DNA of 28,235 bases from a virus (IMGVR_UViG_3300011102_000067:1-28235), one strand, 5' to 3'; numbered from the stretch's first letter, positions 17,203 to 24,775 are shown. Made by a program: numbers and translations. The notes: generated by a model from the letters alone, not told the origin.

Positions 17203-18906
17203 TTAGGCCGGACCAACGTCTTCTACAGCGATGCGAAGCGCCCTATCGGTTTCGTCAACAAGGACAACGCCATCATCGGGATCGAACCTTCCCCACATAT
17301 CAAATTCTGCTAAACCACTAACGGAAGCATCGTAATAGTGTGGTCCGAGTGTCTGAGTTCTACCTAATATTGCATTGGGGCCGATTTCATGTCTCTCTAA
17401 AACTACCTCGCTACCACCATCCACACTTACTCTCAATTCAGCAGTATGATTTGTAGCTCCTGCTGGACTATAGACATTGCATGTGGCAGTAATGCGGTAT
17501 CTTCTACCTGCCACAATCGGCACATTCTCCACCCAAACATATCTATTAAAAACTCCTGCGGGCTGAGGATAATTAACCTCACCAACTCTTTGAGTTAAGC
17601 CAACGACACCCCAGGGTAGATTCCACGGCTTCTGATACTCTGTTCCGTTGCTGACTAATAGATTATCTGTATCAGATTCGTAGATCATGGTCCCCGTCTG
17701 ACCCGTAGGACGAGTAGACGATGTAACGACCTGATAGAGAGCATCAGGAGATGAATAAGTGGCGTCTGAAACCTTGATGATCCAGCAGCCCGTGGGAGTA
17801 ACAGCGCCCATATCTTCTACCATGACGAAGGCAGGAATTGTAGCGCCAGCAGTAAGAGTAATTGTTCCAGCACCAGCGGCCTTGCCAGCAGCGGCCTGTA
17901 CCGTAGTAGAACCAGATAAGCCAGATTCTTGTACGGCAAGATATACGCTATAGTTTACGGAGGCTGTTCTAAGGCATGTTTGTGCCTGCTGCCAGGTAGA
18001 ACCTGCTCCATTATGCATATTAAAATTACATACGTCATCAGCAGCCGTACCTTGGAAGAATGCTTCCGCAGAAAATCTATATTTTCTGTTTGGATCAGCA
18101 TCGAACGTAATCCCTAGTCCAGCAATATCTAGTCCATTCGCTGCCACAGGAGTCGTAATCTGCTTATAGTCAATTGTCCCGAGGGGAGCATTCCACGGCA
18201 ATGATTCGATTGGCATTGCAGGGTATTCCTCAAATCCTGGGGGAATAGCATTCTCATTTTCCCACGGAATAATTGTACCAATAGGAGTGATAACGTGGGG
18301 ATACAGATGTGAGTTAGCAATCTTGCGAATCCAACACCCCTCGTTCCACGGAGCTTGTGAAGTGTCTGCACCAATATCTTCTACCAAGAAATAACGTGGC
18401 TGAATACTAGCGGCATAATGCTGATATTGTCCAGAAAGAGCACTTGCCCTAACTAGCCATGTAAACAAGCCAGTAGACGTTGCTGTGTATGTATGTGTTA
18501 GATTAATAGCCGAGTTGTTCTTTGCCGCCGTAACGAAACAACGATATTGCTGTACCGTTGTACCCCCTGGGTCAACCAGAGTTGTGTAAAGCTCGTCGTC
18601 TGTAACTGAAGCAGAGACAACAGTAGAACAATAGTATGTAATTTTATAGCGACGGCCCGCCACCATAGGGACATTGTTAGCAGTTAAAATCGTGACTTGC
18701 GTTGTACCAGCCACCTGACTTGATGTAGTTCTTTCGTCTAAGAATACCCTACCTCTTGGTAGATTCCAAGGGAGTTCTGCAACGGAAAGCTCATCATATT
18801 GCTCCCAACCGTCAGGAATCTGGCTAGCATTCTCCCACGGCATTACTGTACCGATCGGCATTTCAGATAGATATTCAACTACATTGGGAAATTTAGTTAT
18901 AGTCAT
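17203..18906 (-). CDS. Tail fibre / minor tail protein with collar-like segments and three beta-rich modules
   Basis: Two PIGT(V/I)xPW...P.G(W/F) collar-like starts; three PWNxPxG...VEDxG modules; TSSTRP...GTMIYESDTD segment seen in fibre proteins. Confidence 0.75.
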   Translation of the reverse strand: MTITKFPNVVEYLSEMPIGTVMPWENASQIPDGWEQYDELSVAELPWNLPRGRVFLDERTTSSQVAGTTQVTILTANNVPMVAGRRYKITYYCSTVVSASVTDDELYTTLVDPGGTTVQQYRCFVTAAKNNSAINLTHTYTATSTGLFTWLVRASALSGQYQHYAASIQPRYFLVEDIGADTSQAPWNEGCWIRKIANSHLYPHVITPIGTIIPWENENAIPPGFEEYPAMPIESLPWNAPLGTIDYKQITTPVAANGLDIAGLGITFDADPNRKYRFSAEAFFQGTAADDVCNFNMHNGAGSTWQQAQTCLRTASVNYSVYLAVQESGLSGSTTVQAAAGKAAGAGTITLTAGATIPAFVMVEDMGAVTPTGCWIIKVSDATYSSPDALYQVVTSSTRPTGQTGTMIYESDTDNLLVSNGTEYQKPWNLPWGVVGLTQRVGEVNYPQPAGVFNRYVWVENVPIVAGRRYRITATCNVYSPAGATNHTAELRVSVDGGSEVVLERHEIGPNAILGRTQTLGPHYYDASVSGLAEFDMWGRFDPDDGVVLVDETDRALRIAVEDVGPA

Positions 18907-20135
18907 GATGCCGCCTCGTAAGTTACTGAAAAGCTGATAAAATCTCCTGAAGCCAAAGCAAAGTTAGCTGTACCAGTACCAAGAGTATTGCCTACGCCAT
19001 TATTAGACATATGTCTAGCTGTGACATACGGAGCTTCTGTTGTACCACCAAGCCAGGCCCCACCACCATAGACAGTAGTAGCACTAGCGTCATAGGCTTC
19101 CATAATCCCAATAGTTGTGCCTAGCGCGCCAACATATGCAGCAGGAACAGGCAAAGTAACCCGAATAGGCTGTCCACTAGTGCCATCACCCGTAACGCTA
19201 ATATTGGCCTGAACTGTAATGGTGCGACCAATTCTTGAATATCTAGCATAATTAACTGTAGCACTTACAGTATTAGACTGTGTAACAACAGGAGTGTAAT
19301 TTGTCCACTGACCGATACTAAGAGCTTCAACATAATCAACTCCATTATGTAGCTTTAGCTTGTCAGTATCAGATTCAAAGATCATCTTGCCACTAGCCCC
19401 GTCCGGATTTGTGCTAGAAGAAACAACCTCATACGACTGACCAGCAAGAGATGGCTGAGTGTCCTTAACCTTGATAAGCCAACACCCCTGGCTCCAAGGC
19501 GCTTGAGTTGTATCTGCCCCAATATCTTCGACCATGATGTATGCAGGGAACTCTGCGCCACCAACAAGAGTAACTGTTCCAGATGTTACGTTTGTTGAAA
19601 TTTTATACGTCATGCTTCCGCTGACAGCAGGAGTTACGATCACTGATGGATTAAATGTTGCCTGTCCATTCAGTACAATAGAATTTCCTTCAATTTGAAT
19701 TTCATTATTTGATCCATCCCTAATATGGACGAATCTATCTGCTGCCACTGAGGCTGCTGCCAAGCGCAAAAAAGATGAGATTCTGTAGCGTCTTCCGGCT
19801 ACCAAGTTAACTGTAACGGACAGACCTGGCACATCTGTGCCTGACCACAATGTCGTATTGGTGGTTTTAGCTGCATATCCGACTCTGCCCCTTGGCAGGT
19901 TCCAGGGTAATGTGTCAATAGGTAGTGAAGGCTTATTAAAAGTGGTGCTGCCATCTCCCGCCCCCCAATCTTCACCGAAACGATCAAAGGCTTCTGGATA
20001 GGCTGTCCTAGAAAGTGTTCCACCGTCAGCTTGAGAGAACCCGGCAGGAATATGGCCAGCATCAGGCCACGGGATGATTGATCCAACCTCTAGGTCATTT
20101 AGATATGCCTCAGGAAACGTGAAAATGCCAGACAT
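18903..20135 (-). CDS. Tail fibre protein with tail-collar domain
   Basis: VGSIIPW...PAGF..ADG..LSRTAYPEAF...GAGDGSTTFNKP is a phage tail collar signature; C-terminal WTNYTP...ARYSRIGRTITV...TLPV fibre head. Confidence 0.85.
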   Translation of the reverse strand: MSGIFTFPEAYLNDLEVGSIIPWPDAGHIPAGFSQADGGTLSRTAYPEAFDRFGEDWGAGDGSTTFNKPSLPIDTLPWNLPRGRVGYAAKTTNTTLWSGTDVPGLSVTVNLVAGRRYRISSFLRLAAASVAADRFVHIRDGSNNEIQIEGNSIVLNGQATFNPSVIVTPAVSGSMTYKISTNVTSGTVTLVGGAEFPAYIMVEDIGADTTQAPWSQGCWLIKVKDTQPSLAGQSYEVVSSSTNPDGASGKMIFESDTDKLKLHNGVDYVEALSIGQWTNYTPVVTQSNTVSATVNYARYSRIGRTITVQANISVTGDGTSGQPIRVTLPVPAAYVGALGTTIGIMEAYDASATTVYGGGAWLGGTTEAPYVTARHMSNNGVGNTLGTGTANFALASGDFISFSVTYEAAS

Positions 20136-20470
20136 TATTGCGTGTATTCTACTCCACTAATATTTAGTGTAATAGCATTAGCACTACCGGCAATCGCTCT
20201 AAGTGTTTCTTGGAAATCCAGCAGGATCGAACCATCAATCATAACAGTTCCATTCGCTGCTATATCTGCGTCAAAGAATTTATTACTGTCAGCGGCAGTA
20301 CCACCACTAGGAGCAGTGTAGAGTTTAATATTAACTGCTACAGAAGTCGTGTTGTGAATCAAGATTGTCTTAACAATCGTATAAAACGTATTGGTGCTTG
20401 GAGCCGTGTACAGAAGGGTGTCGGTTGTGCCAGGCTGTCCCCTATACAATACTTTCGGTCTTAGTGCCAT
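20135..20470 (-). CDS. Putative small virion structural protein
   Basis: 111-aa beta-rich ORF (TLLYTAPS...VKTILIHN...NISGVE) translationally coupled within the fibre cluster. Confidence 0.6.
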   Translation of the reverse strand: MALRPKVLYRGQPGTTDTLLYTAPSTNTFYTIVKTILIHNTTSVAVNIKLYTAPSGGTAADSNKFFDADIAANGTVMIDGSILLDFQETLRAIAGSANAITLNISGVEYTQ

Positions 20471-20474
20471 TCTA

Positions 20475-21725
20475 TTATCCTATCCCCATCCATGTTAATA
20501 CTTCAAAGTGGTCATAGGCGGATGGGATTAGAGTAATTGAATATTCTTTGCCGTTGACCAGAGAGGCGCTTTGCTCTGCTGTGCCGGTGAACACGGTCCA
20601 CCCAAGATTCCAAGCGATCTGCTCAATATTAACCATAACCAACACCATCTCTCCCGTAAGAGGATCGGTGACGATTAGTTTGCCTCCGAGACGGCCAAAG
20701 CTACGTTGATAAGTGCCAGAATCGAAGTTGTCGATAGATGTGATGTGCAGTGACACATTTATGCCATTGCTATCTGATGTTGACTTGAACTGTTCAGCGG
20801 ATGGTGCTACATCGATGTTTCCATCATTGTTGAATGTAAATCTAAGCCCTCCACCTGCTCCACTTTCTCCATCTGCACCTGCCGGACCCTGAGGCCCAAC
20901 AAGAGAAGTGCCCGCTCCCCATGCCCCAGCAGTTTTAGGACCAAAAATTGTGTTTGTTGTGGTGTTGATGTAAAAATCACCATCAACGCCTTCAGTAGTT
21001 GGATCAACTATTCCATTTAAGACAGTATTTCCGTCAGTACCATCCGCTCCCGCTGGACCTTGCTCACCTTGGATACCTTGTGGACCCTCTAGAGAAGCAA
21101 GCCATTCGGATTCTGTACCGACAAATCCATTATTTACCGCAATCTCATATGCGGAAAGACCGTCAGCACCAGCGGGACCTTGAGCGCCATCTGCGCCTGC
21201 TGGCCCCTGAGGGCCAATAAGAGATACTTCTGCAACCCCATCCCAATTGAAGTCAACTTGCTTAGGTCCGAACAGCACATAATCAGTTGTTCTTAACCAA
21301 AAATCACCAGTGACACCAACTAGAGGCTGTGGATCAAGAGTGCTTGAATGGATCGTATTTCCATCAGCACCATCGGCACCGTTTGTACCAGCGGGTCCCT
21401 GAGGGCCAACAATAGAAACGCCAGCGGGCCAAGTGCCGCTGGCTTTAGGACCAAAGATATACCACGAAGTAGTGTTGATGTAGTAATCGCCATCAACACC
21501 CTCTGTTGTAGGATCGACTGTACCGCTCAGAATGGTTTTGCCATCTGCACCGGCAGGACCCGAAATAGCTACACCATCTGCTAATTTTTCAGATGTGATT
21601 GCCCCATCAGCAATTTTAGGCGTTGTAACGGCCAGATCGGCAATATGGATGGTTTGGACTGATCCTGGCGTTAGCTCACCGCCACCTGATCCTCCACCTA
21701 AATTACCGGATACGCTACCGCCCAC
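20475..21725 (-). CDS. Collagen-like repeat fibre protein
   Basis: GPQGPAG Gly-X-Y runs alternating with three G.DGD(Y/F)...FGPK...W repeats; IADxA(V/I)TxxK repeats; SAYEIAV.NGF.GTE.EWLASL motif. Confidence 0.85.
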   Translation of the reverse strand: MGGSVSGNLGGGSGGGELTPGSVQTIHIADLAVTTPKIADGAITSEKLADGVAISGPAGADGKTILSGTVDPTTEGVDGDYYINTTSWYIFGPKASGTWPAGVSIVGPQGPAGTNGADGADGNTIHSSTLDPQPLVGVTGDFWLRTTDYVLFGPKQVDFNWDGVAEVSLIGPQGPAGADGAQGPAGADGLSAYEIAVNNGFVGTESEWLASLEGPQGIQGEQGPAGADGTDGNTVLNGIVDPTTEGVDGDFYINTTTNTIFGPKTAGAWGAGTSLVGPQGPAGADGESGAGGGLRFTFNNDGNIDVAPSAEQFKSTSDSNGINVSLHITSIDNFDSGTYQRSFGRLGGKLIVTDPLTGEMVLVMVNIEQIAWNLGWTVFTGTAEQSASLVNGKEYSITLIPSAYDHFEVLTWMGIG

Positions 21726-21740
21726 TCATTAACACCTACC

Positions 21741-22013
21741 TTATCTCTTTTCCCAAATGGAACCACGGACCTGTCCTGAAACAAGGTCTACGTACATGCC
21801 CCTGGCAAAAGAAATGCCTCTTTCGAAGCAATCTCTAATAGACTGCCCCGTCAGGAGATAGATGTAAATTACGCCATCAGCGGTGGCGTCATCACCGTCC
21901 CGCAATACTAACTCAGCATCCTCGGTACACTTGAATGAATACCCGTAGAGTTCGAATGCGCCCTTGGTGATGGATTTGCTTTCGTTAAAGATATATGTAT
22001 TATGGGTTGCCAT
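21741..22013 (-). CDS. Hypothetical protein, possibly virion-associated
   Basis: 90 aa, AGGAG SD, first gene of the fibre cluster. Confidence 0.65.
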   Translation of the reverse strand: MATHNTYIFNESKSITKGAFELYGYSFKCTEDAELVLRDGDDATADGVIYIYLLTGQSIRDCFERGISFARGMYVDLVSGQVRGSIWEKR

Positions 22014-22032
22014 CCTAGTCTCCTGAAAGACT

Positions 22033-22041
22033 AGAATAGCA
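22033..22041 (-). promoter_or_regulatory. Extended -10 promoter TGCTATTCT for fibre cluster
   Basis: Identical 9-mer to 3439-3447, intergenic. Confidence 0.55.
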
Positions 22042-22061
22042 GTTTTGAGGCTCTAACTCAC

Positions 22062-23534
22062 TTAGCTGTGATTAATTAGAAGCCACTCGTGAATGCCAAC
22101 GTCAAGGCCTAACTTAGCCCTGGTAATAGCCACATACAATAGACGAAGTTCTTCCGCTCCCGCCTTTTCAATCGAAGGGAAATCCTCAGCAAGCTTAACG
22201 TAATTCCACTCTCGACCCTTAGCTTTGTGGGCAGTAGAGATAATTACATCAGCGTTGCCCTCGTTGCGCTCTACCTTGCCAACGACACCGAGAATCACAT
22301 CAATGCCATACTGGTTGATTAAATCAACGATGAGCTTAAGGTCCGAACCCTGCTCATCAAATGCAACATATTCTTTGATTTCATCCCACGAATCAAAGCA
22401 AGCAAGGTCAGGATGCGAGGTCTTCCCCCCATTCATGAGTTCCTTAACTCCCTTGGCAAAACGTGCAATTTCATCTGCACCGCCCACTAGAGCGACACGC
22501 TTACCCCCGGCCTGATAGTCAAGCGCATACTTGACTGCCATAGCATTTGTGCGAGTAAGGATTACATCGGGGCTGGCGTAATGACCAATCTTGCTTGAGA
22601 TAGAATCCAGACCCTTAAGCTGAAGTGGAGAACCAAGCAATCTCAAAACCCTATTTGCACAATTAGCAATCTCAGGCCCGAATCGGAAGCTCTGCGTTAG
22701 ATAAGTTCTATTGCTAACAGGAACATTCTGAAGTGCGTTTACAGCACCAGTGAAAGAGTAAATCTGCTGCTGGGAATCACCAACAAAGATCAACTGTGCA
22801 TGTTCCTGACGACGAACAATATCTAGGATAACGGGGTTAGCATCCTGAGCTTCATCAAACAAGATGAATTCAACATCGATCATAGGCTCGCCCAATTGCC
22901 ACATCTTCAGATAGTGCTCGTGCTTAAACTGAAGCTGACCGTAGTGATCCTGAAGGTCCACCCATGCCTTTTCCATGAAAGGCTCAAGGTAAGAACGAAT
23001 TTCGTTGTTGTGCTTGTATCCCCGCTTGCCATCTTGCGGCATATCAATGCCATCAATATAGGGTACGAAACGACCTTCTATAACTGACGCATCCGAGTTG
23101 CAGAAATTTGTGATGCCTCGCATCACCAATGATGCTAGATAAGAGGCAGAAAGAACTTTACGGCCCGCACCCATATCTAGCTGAATAACTCGGGGCTTAA
23201 TGCCAAGAATGTTTGCGATATCAATAGATCGCATACGCTGACCAGAAAACAGTCGGCTCTTGTAGGTATGTCCTACTGCACCGAAGGCAAGGGAGTGAGC
23301 AGTGTTGCTCTTGATATTGCCAGGAAGCTTTGCTTTTGAGTCTTCAACAATAGACTTGTTGAAAGCAATATACTGGCCCGGAGCCTTGTTGTACTTACCA
23401 AGCATGACAAGAGTAGAAGTCTTGCCTGTACCTGCTCCCGCTTCAATTACTAGATTATCGCCCTCAGCGAAATAAGTAATTGCCTCTCTTTGTTCGTCGG
23501 TTGGCTTCAACTGATTTCCAATCTTAAGTGCCAT
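22062..23534 (-). CDS. UvrD/Rep-like superfamily 1 helicase
   Basis: AGAGTGKT (I), FDEAQD (II), VGDSQQQIYSF (III), LTQSFRF (IV), STAHKAKGREW (V) and LLYVAITRA (VI). Confidence 0.93.
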   Translation of the reverse strand: MALKIGNQLKPTDEQREAITYFAEGDNLVIEAGAGTGKTSTLVMLGKYNKAPGQYIAFNKSIVEDSKAKLPGNIKSNTAHSLAFGAVGHTYKSRLFSGQRMRSIDIANILGIKPRVIQLDMGAGRKVLSASYLASLVMRGITNFCNSDASVIEGRFVPYIDGIDMPQDGKRGYKHNNEIRSYLEPFMEKAWVDLQDHYGQLQFKHEHYLKMWQLGEPMIDVEFILFDEAQDANPVILDIVRRQEHAQLIFVGDSQQQIYSFTGAVNALQNVPVSNRTYLTQSFRFGPEIANCANRVLRLLGSPLQLKGLDSISSKIGHYASPDVILTRTNAMAVKYALDYQAGGKRVALVGGADEIARFAKGVKELMNGGKTSHPDLACFDSWDEIKEYVAFDEQGSDLKLIVDLINQYGIDVILGVVGKVERNEGNADVIISTAHKAKGREWNYVKLAEDFPSIEKAGAEELRLLYVAITRAKLGLDVGIHEWLLINHS

Positions 23535-23545
23535 AATAAAAAGAG

Positions 23546-23575
23546 AGCCGGATCAGGGATTCGAACCCTGGACAA
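23546..23575 (-). pseudogene. 3' half of split tRNA-Thr (variable loop, T-arm, acceptor 3' strand)
   Basis: T-TGTC-CAGGG-TTCGAAT-CCCTG-ATCCGGC-T; ATCCGGC pairs 7/7 with GCCGGAT at 24341-24347. Confidence 0.85.
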
Positions 23576-23771
23576 CGTCTAACACTGTGTTAGCGCCAAA
23601 AGTTGCTGACCAAGGATTTTGGTCTGAGTGACCATCAAAATAGAAAGTGTAGGTCTTTTCCCACATTGCTCTAAGCGACGGAATAAGAGGGTTGTTCTCC
23701 TTAACCCCTCTCACAATTCCATAACCTAGAACTGAATCACCTAAATCAACATCCTTAGCTTTTTTCCTCAT
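23553..23771 (-). CDS. Hypothetical protein (72 aa) inside the tRNA insertion
   Basis: ATG 23771 preceded by GGAGG from the intact tRNA acceptor stem; stop TGA lies in the T-stem of the split tRNA 3' half; AKDVDLGD N-terminal motif. Confidence 0.6.
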   Translation of the reverse strand: MRKKAKDVDLGDSVLGYGIVRGVKENNPLIPSLRAMWEKTYTFYFDGHSDQNPWSATFGANTVLDVVQGSNP

Positions 23772-23773
23772 AG

Positions 23774-23844
23774 AGCCTCCGGTGAGAATCGAACTCACAA
23801 TAGCGGTTTACAAGACCGCCGTTATACCATTTAACTACAGAGGC
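23774..23844 (-). tRNA. tRNA-Thr(UGU), intact, CCA not encoded
   Basis: GCCTCTG/CGGAGGC acceptor, GTTA/TAAC D-stem, GCGGT-CTTGTAA-ACCGC anticodon arm, GTGAG-TTCGATT-CTCAC T-arm. Confidence 0.92.
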
Positions 23845-24266
23845 AAAAATGCGTACCAACCAAAATCCTTGGCTGTCTTTCGCCTATGGCAGTTGGCGCA
23901 CAAAACCTGACATTTCCTAATTTCAGCCACGATAGACTGCCAGCTATAAGCTGACCCGAGCATCGTGGCTATATCTTTTTTCTTATCTTCTAAATGATCA
24001 AACTCAAGAACTACTGGATCGTCCTCACCGCATTCAACGCACGGGTGCTCAAGTAGATAGTTGAAAACTTTGGTCTTATTTTCCTCTATCTTTAGTAGAT
24101 TCGCTGCTCGGATTTGAGATTTCCTATCCGGCTTCTTTCGATAGTATGCGTTGTCGTATTCCCGCTTGCACGCCTTACATCGATTATCTAGTCCGTCTCG
24201 ATTTCTCTTTTTCTTCTGAAACTGGTCTAGTTCCTTAGGTAGACCACATACGCAGCACACTTTCAC
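23835..24266 (-). CDS. HNH endonuclease with N-terminal Zn finger
   Basis: KVCCVC...CKAC, then HPCVECG..DPVVLEFDH...KCQVLCANCHR; last 10 nt overlap the tRNA-Thr 5' end. Confidence 0.9.
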   Translation of the reverse strand: MKVCCVCGLPKELDQFQKKKRNRDGLDNRCKACKREYDNAYYRKKPDRKSQIRAANLLKIEENKTKVFNYLLEHPCVECGEDDPVVLEFDHLEDKKKDIATMLGSAYSWQSIVAEIRKCQVLCANCHRRKTAKDFGWYAFLPL

Positions 24267-24273
24267 TACGTAT

Positions 24274-24302
24274 ATAGTATCTGTCTAAGCCTTGTAAAGC
24301 AA
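24274..24302 (-). promoter_or_regulatory. Leaderless promoter for HNH gene
   Basis: TTGCTT-17 nt-TACTAT-7 nt-GTG, no SD. Confidence 0.5.
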
Positions 24303-24306
24303 ATCT

Positions 24307-24347
24307 CCGCTTACAAGGCGGTTGCTCTACCACTGAGCTAATCCGGC
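24307..24347 (-). pseudogene. 5' half of split tRNA-Thr(UGU)
   Basis: GCCGGAT-TA-GCTC-AGTGGTA-GAGC-A-ACCGC-CTTGTAA-GCGG; no T-arm follows. Confidence 0.88.
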
Positions 24348-24353
24348 GTATTT

Positions 24354-24740
24354 CTACATGTTGGGGATCATGAATTGTCTCACGAATTCCCCATCTGTCT
24401 TGGTGGCTTCGATCTTAGCCCCGACCCCCTCGTATAACGCATCGTCTTCAGAAAATGGGTCGGTCAGATTATCCGGTGCGTCGAGTACTAGGAGCTTGAT
24501 TGCATCACGGCGAACGTACCAAGTAGTCATCGTTCGGGTCAAGTCGCAATCAGTGTCAATTCCCGCCACTTGAAGGTATTGAAATAGCTCCAACTCATCG
24601 AGTTCTGGACGGAACAACGCAATCAGATCAAGTGCGTTAAACAGTCGCAGAGCTTCGTCTTGCTCTTGCTGCAATTCTAGGAGTTTAAAGTCCACGATTT
24701 CCTCGACGGACTTGGTGAAATAGTCGGGCTTGAGGCTCAT
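24354..24740 (-). CDS. Hypothetical protein (128 aa), leaderless
   Basis: ATG 24740 lies 6 nt after a consensus -10; acidic helical sequence. Confidence 0.7.
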   Translation of the reverse strand: MSLKPDYFTKSVEEIVDFKLLELQQEQDEALRLFNALDLIALFRPELDELELFQYLQVAGIDTDCDLTRTMTTWYVRRDAIKLLVLDAPDNLTDPFSEDDALYEGVGAKIEATKTDGEFVRQFMIPNM

Positions 24741-24746
24741 GCCGAC

Positions 24747-24775
24747 AGTGTAGCGGAGTGCCGGAAGCCGTGCAA
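24747..24775 (-). promoter_or_regulatory. Sigma70/SigA-type leaderless promoter
   Basis: TTGCAC-17 nt-TACACT-6 nt-ATG. Confidence 0.7.

Noticed and set aside
670-21007. Alternative-frame minus-strand ORFs nested in large genes (e.g. 670-972, 11812-12198, 19799-20086)
   Set aside because: Fully inside confident CDSs with no independent signals.
17203-21725. Diversity-generating retroelement or invertible shufflon in fibre genes
   Set aside because: No reverse transcriptase or invertase in the window, no near-identical template/variable repeat pair with A-specific differences, and all modules are in the same orientation.
114-23087. Numerous plus-strand ORFs in the track (e.g. 6664-7227, 7438-7863, 8497-8868, 14652-15035)
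   Set aside because: Antisense shadows of well-supported minus-strand genes; Ser-rich, no SD and no recognisable motifs.
23577-24288. 6-bp direct repeat TTAGAC near both ends of the insert as a target-site duplication
   Set aside because: Too short, and excision at these repeats would not restore the tRNA (25 extra nt remain).
23576-24306. Group I intron in tRNA-Thr
   Set aside because: The insert can end in G and begins with an exon-pairing hairpin, but the 5' exon does not end in a U-G pair, the site is in the stem rather than the loop, and HNH, tRNA and ORF leave no room for a ribozyme core.
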